From: Cystobasidiomycetes sp. EMM_F5
Taxonomy: Eukaryota
Assembly: GCA_051047955.1 (NCBI GenBank)
Contig: JBPGPT010000038.1
Location: 62,001 to 123,893 of the forward strand
Reading direction: 5' to 3'
DNA: 61,893 bases
Shown here one piece after another: positions 50,508 to 61,893 of the stretch; position 1 is the stretch's first letter; each line of letters starts with the position of its first letter. A model generated the notes under the pieces. The model saw nothing but the letters and a program-made list of their open reading frames with translations. It was not told the origin of the DNA and made no database searches. The translations under genes were made by a program, and so were the position numbers.

Positions 50508-51435
50508 TCAATGCTGCAGCACAATCTCCTTGCCCGGTTGCCACTCTCGGCATACGTTCTCGACGTTGTCTTGGTACCGCAACCGCATCAAGCAGGTCTT
50601 GCATGTGTCCACGTCCAGCCTTTGAGAATCGAGGCATTCTTCAAGCGTTTGGAGCGTTGACTTGGTTGCATCTTACATTACCCAGAAACAAACGTCAGTC
50701 TAGTCTGTAAGGTATCGGTGCAGGCCACCACATACCGGCATTATCGCTGCGTATCTGTTGCACTTCTTCCTCAGTCTGCGCATCTGCGAGTGCCTCTCGG
50801 ATTTCCAGAATCTCCATAAGCAATTCTGGATCTTCCATCTTGTCCTGCTCTTCTATCCTGACGCCTCTCAGTTCCAGCAGATACTCTCCGCGCTTCACAT
50901 CGCTCGTGAGCGTTTTGTATGCCTCGTTGACCACAGCTGACCATGCTTTGGCAAAAGACTCCTGCTGCCCACGCATCGCTCCATCGGGACTTGCTGACAG
51001 CGTGTTTGCAAGCCGGTCAGGATGTACGATACCCTGCCAGCGAAGAAACTGCCTGCGGACAGCATTTCTATCACACTTGTAGGTCTGTGGTAGTGAGAAC
51101 AGAGTAAAGTAGTCCAGCGATGGTGGAGGAGCCAGAAAAGCATGGCATTGCGGGCACTGCGCAGAAACGTCACTCTGAGATGCGTCGATGGTATGCGAAC
51201 ACGAAGGGCAGCGGTAGGCAGCCTCTGAAGAGCTCGTAGCGAGGCTTCTTGTCGAATGAGCCCATGCTTGCACAGCGTGAGGACTGTAAGGAGATTTCGA
51301 GCTTGGGTATGCAAAATGACATCGGATCCCAGTAGAGCACGCCCGAAACGGCACTCGGCGCACAGGCTTGCACTGCAGGCAAGCCAGCCTGGCCTCACGA
51401 ACCAGACCCGTTATGGCAGCATTCATGGGTGTCAA
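50508..51435 (-). CDS. JAC1: mitochondrial Fe-S co-chaperone Jac1/HscB (Hsc20)
   Basis: Arg-rich presequence, CPSC...CPQC, J-domain with HPD (WQGIVHPD), VNEAYKTL...RGEYLL and DPELLMEILEIRE. The last exon ends WQPGKEIVLQH*. Confidence 0.9.
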
Positions 51436-52049
51436 GGCAGAGCGTATGATAGGGCAAAAGTCAACGAGGTGCAGCCAACTGAGTGTTGGATATGGATTCT
51501 GAAATTAAAAAATTGGCAAAGAAAGACTACAGAGGCTGAGCAACTAGGCTACAAGCGAAGAGACAAAGTGGAAGAACAGTTAAGCAGATCAGAGTCTGAC
51601 AAAAGAAAGATCCAAAGAAAGGCCGGCTTCACAATGTGTCGAGCCGGAGACCGCTTGGAATGCGGACAAGTTACACCGAGCGTGGACAGACGATCTGTCC
51701 AGCGGAAGATATCAAAGAGCCAATGTGGCAGCTGTGGTCGCCTCAGCTCCTTGGCAGGATAAGAGCTGGGCTCGCAGGTAATCGTATTCGTACGAACGCA
51801 AGGATAGAGTCTTGAGCATGGTTCGCTGCGTGAGTGTTGCTTGAGCATTCAATGCTGTGGTCGGAAGGAATGCGTGGAATTGCTGTCATGAGTTTGTTTG
51901 TTTTTATATTTCGTTGAATTAGAAGATGCCAGAGCAAACTGCGCTAGCCGCTAAGGGGTGGATGTGTTGGTGCGATGTGGATGTCATGACGTCCGATGAA
52001 AGCGACCTCGCGTGAAGAAGTATCGAACGACCAAATCATTGTAACGCTG

Positions 52050-55000
52050 TTAATGTTTCTTGGTGTTGGAAGCGTGCTGCTTCTGCCAAGCATGGAGGAC
52101 ACTGTCGATGGTGACATGTGCGCCATACTTCTTGTCGCTGTTTCGCTTCTTTGGGTCTGGAAGAATGGCTACCCCATCGTGCATTCCGGCTGAAGGACAG
52201 GGCAGTTCAATGTCAGCCGCGTACCTATCAAGCGATCCGGCACACTCACCAAGGTGGAATTTACATCCATGTCTTGCTCCTTCCTGACCGGACTGTTTTG
52301 CATTCTGCTTGTAGTGGCAATCCTGGCCAAAGGGGCAGACGTGACCCATCGCGCACGCGGCTGGTCCATCGGGGCATTGCTTTGCTCGCATCATGTGACT
52401 GCAAGGCGACTTCTTCGAGTCATATGCCAATGCGATGATGTCTTTAGCTTTGAGCAGAAAGTTGTGTCTGTAAAGCATCGCCATCTAAGACAGCGCGTAG
52501 TGAGTTCGATACCTTTGACTTACCCATACTGGCACTTAGCATCCTGGCAGCCTTCAGGAAGCAGATAGTGACGATTGCATGGAGCAGTCGGTTGCTGGTC
52601 AGCAAAAGCCTGTGAGAGGGATCCGCATTAGTCGCGACTCGAAGCAATTCATCGAGGCAATGCTTACTCGGCTGAGATCCGGTCGCTTCCACTGATCAGC
52701 TCGATGGACAGACTTCGAGCTACCGCGGTGATCTGTGATCTTGTCGGTAATGTCGTATACCTCCAAAATAGGCAGCAACTCGATGGTATAGAAGTTCTTC
52801 TTGCGAGCATCCGTATTAGCACTTTTGCGTTCAATCGACGATCGCGGCATGGACGATGGAGCCTCGACAACGCTTGCGTATGAAAGACTGGCAGAGTGCT
52901 GGCTCGGCAGGGATGATGCGCAGATATCGGAAGAGATCGAGGGAACAGACGATGAAGACGAGATCGACTTGTCCATAGACTCGCTCCCGATAGATGCGAC
53001 GGACGTAGTCAAGGACGTCGATACGCTCTCAGAGACATATGCAGGCGGCTGAGCCGAAGGAGAGTAGGTCGGTACGGGATACGCTGCATTGTAATCGAAT
53101 TGAGGCATGAAAGTAGCTTGCATGTCGACGTTATTGTCGACGTGAGACAAGCCATTCTGTGCAGCTTGCCAGCAGACGTATTCATGAATGGGCATTTGCT
53201 GTCCCTGTGACAAGACTGACGATGCCGCTGCGGGTACCTGGAAGAGAGGGTTGTGACAGCCCTGCATGCCATAAGGATGTTGGACATATGCATTGGGGAC
53301 GGCTGGGATGCTGTAGATGCCGAGACCGTTATATGGACCCGTCGGATACGGTTGCGCACCGTTCTGCCAGTAGCTGAAAGTAGTCGTTTCACTTTCACCC
53401 TTTCAATAATGGCAAAAGCTGCGAACCTACCCGAAATTGTTGTCGACTGCACAGCCAGGATGCAGAAGAAACGCAGGCTGCTGGTAGTAATTCGTGATGG
53501 TTCCAAAACGCTGCTGTTGTCCGTTGTACATGCCCGCGTATGGCTGGGCGGGAGAAGTAGCAGTATTTGGAAAATACATACCCGGCTGTATTATCGGCTG
53601 AGCCTTCTGCTGCTGTTCCTGGACATACTTTCGGGAATGCTCAAGGTTCTCCTCGAGCTCATTACGTTTGGGAGGAAGCGGTACGTATGGGTGGGGGACG
53701 TATTCTTCGGCATCCGGGCCTCTGTCAACAGTACCGTCTTCGCGAACCTTGTAGATCCGTCCTCGAATTCGGTCGACTTCGAACACGCCGTTTGTGAGGA
53801 CTAGTCGGGGATTCTCGCGTTCGGCTTCGGCTGCGTCCTGCCACTCTGTTACATACAGGTCGTATGCAATCAGTTCGAGAAATAGCATAACACGGAATAG
53901 CTGGCTTACCTTTGACGGCTGCCAGCTTCCCAGCAGCGTCAACCTTGGTGGACTCTTCAAGCAGTCGCAACGCCTCTTCTGTGATATCCGCCATGACGAC
54001 AATGATGCGACACTCTTCGACTTCAGCCATAAGTGAAACAGATTCTATTGAAGATGATAAGAAAGAAGATTATGGAGATGGCACAGACGATCAGTGGCGA
54101 GGACTGGGCGAGACGAGGCGCATAGAACTTACCATTCATCTTGTTTATTAGTTCTTGACGATGTGCGTTTGGACTAGTAGCGAGCATACACACGTCGAAC
54201 TGGGTGTTGACTTGACCGATAAAGTCTTTCAGGAGTCCGGACAGGGTGTCGACCTGAGATTGAGTTGCAAGGTGCTTGTCTCCTAGTCGTTGTTGCTGTA
54301 TGCCGTTGACCGATGAGCGAATAGCAGATGGACGGTCACTGAGTTGCTGTAGCAGCTCCTCAAAATTGTAATAGACTGCGAACGATGGATTTGGTGAGGG
54401 GGTGAGCGCGTAAAGTGGGTGAGGACGTGTAAAGTGGTGTTGAGAGTGTGTGTGTGTTGTTGCGAGTGGTTGCGATAGGCCGAGTGTGCGTAGTGTGCGC
54501 AACCGATACAATATTGTATACCGTGGTGAGCAGAAGAGAGGACAGAAGGGCAGCGGCGCCAGTCGTGAAAAAGTGGGCGATGGCGGGTCGCCGTGGGATG
54601 GCCGTGAAAGCGGTGTGGTTTTGCATTTGTTGTTTCGATTGTACGCGTCATGCAAAGAGATTGGTCGCGTCCGAAAATTACCAAAAAAGAGAGTCAGCAT
54701 GAGCTTAGAAGGCTTGCGCAGCCGTCGGGAGTTGTGGACGTACTATTCACTCGTATCCTGAGCGGAAAGGGCTGCTTACTTGTCCCGCCTGTGCTGGTCT
54801 CTTTATTGTCGTCCATCTCTTCCTTAGCCATGTCATCGGATGATTCGACCTGGACCGCCAATGTGGGCGCAGATTCTGGCATTTCATCCAGAGCGTCGTA
54901 AGGAGTCGTCGAAGTTGAGCTCAGCAGTCCAGTATCACCAAGCTCTCCCTTCTGTGCCGCAATTTTCAGAATTTCAGATTTTGAAGTTCCCCCCTTTCTA

Positions 55001-56209
55001 GATCTGTCGTTGGTGGCGTCACGCCAGACCCCTTTTACGATGTTGGTCGATGTTCCACCTGGCTTTGATGAGTTGGCGGAGGTGTGACCTGATTTAATTT
55101 GCACACCTCCATCACCGCAAGTGGCTGATGCGAGGTTCCGCTGATTGTCTGACACATTCTCGGAACTCGAAGACACGGAGCGTGACGGAGCAAGTGTAAT
55201 GTTTTCTTGCAGAGGATGAGCGCAGCTAGTAGGAACAGTGGTATGATCTGACTCCGTGACAGACCGCTCGCTTTCTGGAGTCGCTTCGCCGTCCGATTTG
55301 CGGAACTCCGCTGACTCTGCAGACGGAAAAGGGTGCGTCAGACATCTTCTCGTCTTCACGTGGGACGGCACTCACTGCGTTTTTCCTGGTCTTTACTCTT
55401 CACCTCTGATATCTGGTCTAGACCCAGCAACTCTCTGATGCCCTTGCTTTTCGCCACTGCATCTCGCAACGCTCGAATGGCCTGCTCCCCACCCGCAGCG
55501 CCTTTGAGATACAAGTCGGTATTGAACTATGAAGAGAGATAGCGCATCAGCGTATAAGAGTCTGCACGCCCCCGTAGGCTCCATCTCACACCCACCAGGG
55601 ACGAGTTGCCATTCACTGATTTGTATCGATACAGTCAGTTTACAGCGTACGGAAAGGATGAACAGACTCACACAATACCATTACGAAGTCACCAGGTCGC
55701 GCAATTCTGCTCGATTGCGCAGCGCGGTTGTGCTTCTCCTTCAAAAGCCGTAGTTGGATGCGCAGCATCTCACACGGTGCACATTCACATACTTTCGTCT
55801 TGGATGCATCACCTGACTCGTCATTACTCTTCTTGTTGTCTTTCAGGCTCCGTATCTGCTCTTCGAGGTGTTTCAGCTCTTCTTTAAGATTGTCCATGCG
55901 ATGATCGATCTTGTCCTGCCACCCTAGTCCACTCCGCGATGATGAAGGTGGAGTCAATACCGTTCCCGAGTCCCACAGTCGAAGCTTGTCAACCCTGTTT
56001 GGAGGAACAACATTTTGAGGGGTCGTCATGGAAAATGGGTCCGTGTCATCGATCCTTCCGACATTGTTCAGCAAGATCGACGTCGAGGCTGCACGACTCT
56101 TTCGACATGGGGTTCCAATCGGCTGTGGGATATACCTGGATACTGCTTCACCATCTTTTGATGACGAGGGTGATGGAGTGAGTGGCGAAGCATGGCTCGA
56201 GAAGGTCAT
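52050..56209 (-). CDS. CCCH zinc-finger protein with N-terminal coiled coil and degenerate NYN/PIN-like domain
   Basis: Exons 56209-55672, 55615-55596, 55526-55376, 55316-54744, 54375-54133 and further 3' exons splice in frame. They give FVMVLLNGNSSL|FNTDLYLKGAAGGEQAIRAL, IRVNI|YYNFEEL and three C-terminal Cys/His fingers (PCNRHYLLPEGCQDAKCQYGH; PCSHMMRAKQCPDGPAACAMGH; CPFGQDC...CKFH). Confidence 0.75.
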
Positions 56210-56425
56210 GGTGTCGGAAAGAGGGAATTAGTCAGTGATGGTGCTGGATGAGGACGTGAAGGTGAGTGGATTGGATTGGAGATTATCAGTCCTGCGTCAA
56301 TAAACCTTTCCCTGTACGAGAAGAGTACCTCCAACTCTTCATCTCTCCCTGCTGCTGTGCTCTCGTCTTTTTCCCTCCCCTTGTTCCGCTCCTCCGAGCC
56401 ATTTCCAGAAAAGACCGGTCAACGG

Positions 56426-56470
56426 CCAATGCAAAACGTCGCGTCGACGCGTCAATGACCATGACGCGTC
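56426..56470. promoter_or_regulatory. CCAAT plus ACGCGT (MCB-like) motif cluster upstream of the CCCH gene
   Basis: CCAAT at 56426-56430, palindrome CGCGTCGACGCG at 56440-56451, ACGCGT at 56447-56452 and 56464-56469, about 220-260 bp from the ATG at 56209. Confidence 0.5.
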
Positions 56471-56679
56471 TGTTTGGGCAGCCACTAGCTGACGTATATT
56501 GCGTGACACGTTTTGGGCAAAGTGCACAGGGAGCTCCGAGACAATTGTATAATAGCGCGCAAAAGTGTTTCGTCCGAGTCCTTACCCCTTGGCATACCGT
56601 TAGTACCGTTACCCGCGGGTGATTGAGCATTTTCATTTTATTCGTTTGCGTCCCCGAGACACGCAAAGACAACGGCAGC

Positions 56680-57823
56680 CTATTGAAATTCTGTCGCCTT
56701 TCCAGACTGATGCGTGACGGGAAAGAACCGAGAAGGAAATTGTGTTATCAGAGCAGTCCAGCCCCCGTATTAAGTCGAAAGTTGACTCACGACTAATAAC
56801 CCGACAATCAATCCAAACAGGCCGAGAATACTGCTAAACACTTCAATGACTAGAATCTTGACAAACAGGGTTGGATTCGCAGCATCGGCCAGCGCTGCAT
56901 TGGAGCCAGAGATACCAACGGCTATTCCGCAGAGCAGATTGCAAAAGCCCATTGTCAGCCCACCCCAGAATAAAGAGAAGCCTGTCATCGACAGCCATAG
57001 TAGTGCCATTTCAGCTGATTTGGGTGGCGTGTGTCTGATCTGACCATGCTATCTACGCACCGGTAAAGTAGTTTGACTTTGTATACAGGTCGTCGTAATT
57101 CATCTGCCCTGTTATCTTTGCGCTGAAGACGATGGCTCCAATGACGCCGTAGATGCCCACAACTTCGCAAAAGATGATGCTACGGGAGGGGCATTGCATA
57201 ACAGAATTGGAGATCAGTGAGAAGGGGAGCATGTAAGGAGTAAATGCAGCGCATTCAGTACTGCGTTTTTCTGATCCATCCTGGCGAAATCAACTGACGA
57301 AATGAGATTCTTTGTTCGTATCCGTGGCGCTCGCACACCACCACCCAGAATCGATGCTCCCGTCACAAAAATTCCCCTGACCACGCATGTATGTTCAACG
57401 TCAGCAATGATCTCGCCTGTCTTGTCAGTCAAAGAGAGGCAACGCACCATCCAGCCCCAATTACGCTCAACCCGATATTCAAGCCTACGCCAACCAGAGC
57501 CCACGCATGGGGTGATGTCGTCTCTAAGAACTGCCCGACATTGAATGCTTCCCCAGATCCGGTGCTGTCGTTTGCGTGGTCGATGTAGATGTCGTTCGCA
57601 TGAAATGGATTGCGTTGTATGTCAGTACTGGGCCTGAATGTAGGCGGATAGCGAGACAGCCGCGAGATGGCTATACAGGTGCATGACTGCCAACTTTCGC
57701 AGCGCAACATGCGCCCGTATCGCTGCTGCCAGCGGCAACTCACAAGACAATGTAGAGCGCTACGACTGTAAAGAGGACGCTGACGAGATACAGGAATATG
57801 GACGTGGGCGAGTAATAGCCCAT
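56680..57823 (-). CDS. VMA16: V-ATPase V0 subunit c'' (21 kDa proteolipid)
   Basis: [75 protein letters not shown] and [25 protein letters not shown]. Confidence 0.95.
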
Positions 57824-58570
57824 GTCGCCGAGTGGAGCAGTGTACGCAGGTCTCAAAACGGCAGCTTCGGGTGACTGTAAATTGTGTAGAGAGCAGTCGA
57901 TTTTGCAGGACGATGTTTGGCCTTTCAGTCTCGTGGCGAGAAGACGAGAACATGAAGCAAGGTAGAAGGACTATGGAGCATACAGAGATGTAATCTACAC
58001 TCGTATCATGGCTTGCAAGGCTGGCATGCCCTTCCACCTATGCATTCTTGGATTTTCTTTATATCCTACCAGCTTGGATAGATGGCACCGCACCAATGGA
58101 TTTCCTATCGAGACGACCTGTTCTAGCAAACCAATTGCTGACTTTTTCTACCAGTACAGACGAGGTTGTCTTTCAAATTCTGGTTGTCGTTTGGAGAGCG
58201 AAAAGACACCGCCGATACGCAAGAATCCCGGCTCGGAGCCATGTTTCGACACGAAAGCCCTCGGCGTCGTTGCTGATGTGGCATCGAGTGGATAGTGCCC
58301 TTGCTTTCCCTGCTCTCTGGCCTCCCGGACTGCTGTGCGGAGGCACGCTCAAGCCTGGCTGACACACACTGATGCCCAAACGTTGTACGGCGCGCTGAAG
58401 GTGACGCGTTTGGGGTTGGTCTCGGGAAAATGTTGCAGGAATATGGCACTGATACCGTCTCACTACGGCAATGTAATCCTCGACGTTCTGAATGTGTGCT
58501 CCGCTGTTGTCCTTTTAACATGACCCTTCCATTTTGACTTCACTCAGCTGACTCTTCAGAAAACTCTGCC

Positions 58571-60326
58571 ATGCCTACAAGGGCCAGCGCTGCAGTGGCG
58601 GCAGCAGCCATCTCCGCCAACCGCAACAAGAGAGCACGCGTCCAGGATGACAGTGACGAGGACTACGAGGAGAGGAACAAATATGGTGAGTCATGGGGTT
58701 CTACCATGTTGCTGGATATTCTGACAGACCACCCCGCCAGTGACACCCCGTGCGCTTCGGGCACCCTCACCATCGAACTCGAAATCCAAGACAAGAAGAC
58801 GCTGTACAAACTGCATCAAGACAAACTTGAAATGCAGCGACAAGCTGCCGTGTCTAAGATGCAAGCGAAAGGACGACATGTGCGTGTACGGGGAAGAAGA
58901 TGAAGACGGTGCAGAAGACCCGTCGGAGGCACCCGAAGAAGTGCAACCTGTTGCAAAACCTGACAGAGCATGCACCAAGAAGCGAAAGCTCAACAGCACG
59001 TCACCCCTGCGTAAGAACAGCGATGAAAACGAGCACATAGGCACCAAAAACACTCCATCACCTGTACTGGTTGTCAAAGCCAAGCCTGGTGTTTCTCGTT
59101 CTGTACGCCGATTGACTCCACCCGTTCCTACAATTTCCAAGCACAAAGCTATGTCGCCACCAAAAGAGATTTCATTCCTTCCTCGTCAGGTCGAAACACG
59201 TCCTCCATCTCCTACGCCATCTCCGATACCTCCACCTACAAAACCTGAGCCGGAGGATGAATTGCTTCATTCTCCGCAAATTTATAAGTTACCTGCTCCA
59301 CCAGCGACATCACCCGTTCCAGGTCGAACAGACAATCTAGACGTTCCTATGATTGTCCAATCTTCCATTGATGCCGAAATTGCCAACTTTCTTCCCAAGG
59401 CTATTCCCATTCCTCCGGCCCAGTCATCTACCGCCGAACTCGATGCAAAACCGGCAGGAGTGGCCGCAACTGAAACAACCGCCTACATTTCACAGTATCC
59501 GCTCGATGATGCATCTTCGCTGAATAGGCGCGATGACCTCGTGTCGGATTTTGCACCTTCCATCTACTCTGAAATACCTTCCTTCGACATTGTTCAGAGC
59601 TGGCTTGACGAACTATGTGGTGTTTCACTGGGTGAGACTATCGCGCAGGCGATGAAATTGAGATCTGGCGCTTCGCCCTCAGATGAGGCTTGTACGAGTG
59701 TCAGCAACAATCTGGCGCATACCGATGATATGCTCGCTGCGTCTGAACGTATTTGCTCTGCTGAGGTGCAAACCAAGCCCGAGGTCGAGATGAGTGACTC
59801 GCAACTGCTTCTCACGTATGTCAACCTTGAAGGCAGCCAGACAAATGTGATAGTGTCGGAGAATCAAATTGCTACCCATGGTACTGGTTCAACCGATGTT
59901 CACATCATTGCCAGCATCGCCAGTATTGGGAACGATATCTCCGCGCAGTCGGATGCACCGAAAGTAGAATATCAAGATGCTGATCTAGCTATAGGGCACG
60001 CTTCAAGCTCCGCTGGCATCGAATTTCCAGAATACCCACGCACTGACGGCAGTGCAGTCATTAGTGAGAATACAATTACACAAGCAGACACTCACCCTCT
60101 TCCATCTCTACGTTCACCCCTCTCATCAGCAAGCTCTTCCATCTCCACTTTAACAACCCTATCCAGTCTGAGTGCGGACGAGGCTTGCAATCTCTCCATC
60201 ACAACGAGCGTAAAGACATCATCCGACTCACAAGAATCGCCACCGAATGGACGTGATGGCGTTAAATCCGAGTGGGACAACGGCAATCAATTGGAAGACT
60301 CTGCAGTGACAGCTGCTAGCATTTAA
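58571..60326 (+). CDS. Zn(II)2Cys6 transcription factor (N-terminal part)
   Basis: Exon 1 at 58571-58685, GT-AG intron, then RRRCTNCIKTNLKCSDKLPCLRCKRKDDMCVY (binuclear cluster), KKRK NLS and a P/S-rich region. Confidence 0.85.
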
Positions 60327-61662
60327 ACGGATGTGCTACCTGTCTCTGCAGACCTGGTACATCGGTCCGTCCACGGCGCTTGGCCTTCTCCCAGTATAGA
60401 GGCTGCGTCACGGAAGGAAGCTTTGTACGACTATAAGGCATCGTCTCCGTTACCAAGACACACCCACGATGCCCAGCTTCCTGCAGCATCGGCCTCACTG
60501 ACTCTGTATCAGGCCCACGGCAACCATTCCATAGCCGGGAAAAAGAAAGTAGCCTCATCCCCCAAATTCTACTTGTCCAGCCGGGTCGCCGTTCCATGCC
60601 AGCCAATCATGGCAGTAGTGGAGACCGCAGTCCCCAATCCTTTGTTCAGAATGACTTTTTCAGGCGTCGGCCCGGCTTACGCCGCTTGTTCGGCTGCGAT
60701 CCTCGCTCGTTCTTATACACCTGCACCAGATCTTTACCGGTATCATATGCTTTTCACGGCTCCAGCAAGCATTCTGCCTAACGAAAGAGGAGAACTCCAA
60801 TTCCAGTCCTCCCTTGAGGCTTGTGTCGAGATAGCTAGCTCTACGACAACCATCATCGAAACAGTCTGTTTTGGACAATTTACAATCAACCGAGGTAAGA
60901 CTGCTTCACTCGTGCAGCATTTTCAATATCTGACTCCGTACTACTATGCAGGTGAATGCGGACTTACGCAAGCGATGCGCCACTTGATGCGGGTCCCCTC
61001 ATCTGTCTCGACATTGTTGGCTCCTACGCGGAGAGGACCAAGTTTAGAAGCCTCTGCAGTCGAGCATCATGCGTATATTGGAGCGTCAACCACGCCGAAT
61101 GAAAATTTGAAAGTCGAAGCTGAGTCGGCTGCCGTTGAGGCCGCTATGCCACCACTCTTACCTCACTTGCCGCAATTACTACAACAAAATTCCAACGCAA
61201 GACCGTCTCCTCCGCCTAGGAGTACATCCATCCCATTTGAGCGCGGCAAATTTCGCACATTTCTGCGTGCCCTCGAATCTGCCAAGGAAGAGTGGAGTCC
61301 AGCTGAACTGACAGTTGGCCGTAGGGTATTATCTCTCGGCTCACACCATCCTTCATCCGTCGAACAAACCTTCATCAGTATCATCTTCGTACCCACTGAG
61401 CCAGCTGCATACTATATTACGCTAGAGGACTTTGAGTGGGTACGCTCGGTAGTAATTGGTGTCAGTGACAATTCGTATCAAAGCCTGAAGGTTTTCGGCT
61501 CGGCGTAAGTCGAACCATCGGGCCCGCATTTTGATATGTAAATGCTGATGCAACCTCTTCCCATCCTTGACAAAGTCTCGTCCATGTCTCTGCCAACGGC
61601 GCCAGAGCTGGTTTGTGGCAAAGGCTTTTGGGCCATGAAGTCAGTGCAGCGTGTGCAAAGTA
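60327..61662 (+). CDS. in-frame continuation or separate gene with degenerate Medusa (MedA)-like domain; 3' end approximate
   Basis: About 390 open codons in the same frame as the Zn2Cys6 ORF. EEWSPAELTVGRRVL...FISIIFV...YYITLEDF resembles the MedA pattern WTxxE..RRLV..ISCIxW..yvTSVD. GTAAGT donor at 61505. Confidence 0.55.
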
Positions 61663-61835
61663 GACTGGCAGGTGTAGCTGACTGAGTAACCTGCCCATCA
61701 TGTAGTTCCGCCCTCCGCGACTTGGCTGTCAACAGACAAGGCTGATCCCATGGTCGCTTGCTGTTGATGCCATCAAGTCTGCCAACAAAGTTTATGAACC
61801 CTGAAACTACGACACAAAGGCATCGCCAACAACAT

Positions 61836-61838
<3 letters not shown>

Positions 61839-61893
<55 letters not shown>
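61839..61893. repeat. (AC)n microsatellite at the window end
   Basis: Perfect AC run of 55 nt, probably the cause of a contig break. Confidence 0.98.

Noticed and set aside
61478..61888. ORF beginning MCVCVCVCV
   Set aside because: Translation of the (AC)n microsatellite on the opposite strand.
1..61893. tRNA, rRNA, snRNA or transposase/reverse transcriptase genes
   Set aside because: No diagnostic motifs seen by eye. tRNAscan-SE and Infernal would be needed to exclude intron-containing tRNAs or divergent ncRNAs.

Overview
Gene-dense, intron-rich eukaryotic DNA (about 50% GC, mostly 45-90 nt introns with CTRAY branch points, many microexons). It is most consistent with a compact basidiomycete genome; a Pucciniomycotina yeast is my inference only. 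I can support about 26 protein-coding loci. Housekeeping: ATP23 (5' end only), MIC19, a glycine-rich RRM protein, Pep12-type syntaxin, Sec24, PRP38, BOS1, HDA1, PAN2, a G-alpha subunit, PRP16, JAC1 and VMA16. Transport: a three-gene block of CNT, JEN1-like and PHO84-like permeases. Others: an F-box protein, a VOC/glyoxalase protein and several orphans. The most unusual loci are three large regulators with degenerate domains. (1) A Sec7 protein lacking the catalytic glutamate, whose Sec7 domain appears to lie inside a split PH domain. (2) A CCCH zinc-finger protein whose NYN/PIN-like DGD motif reads NGN, with a promoter-like 368-nt intron. (3) A Zn2Cys6 factor continuing in frame, across a single TAA, into a Medusa-like domain. 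The syntaxin start codon is split by an intron. No tRNA, rRNA, CRISPR array or intact transposon was recognised. Gene models were assembled by eye, family calls come from recalled motifs rather than database searches, and some ends are approximate.
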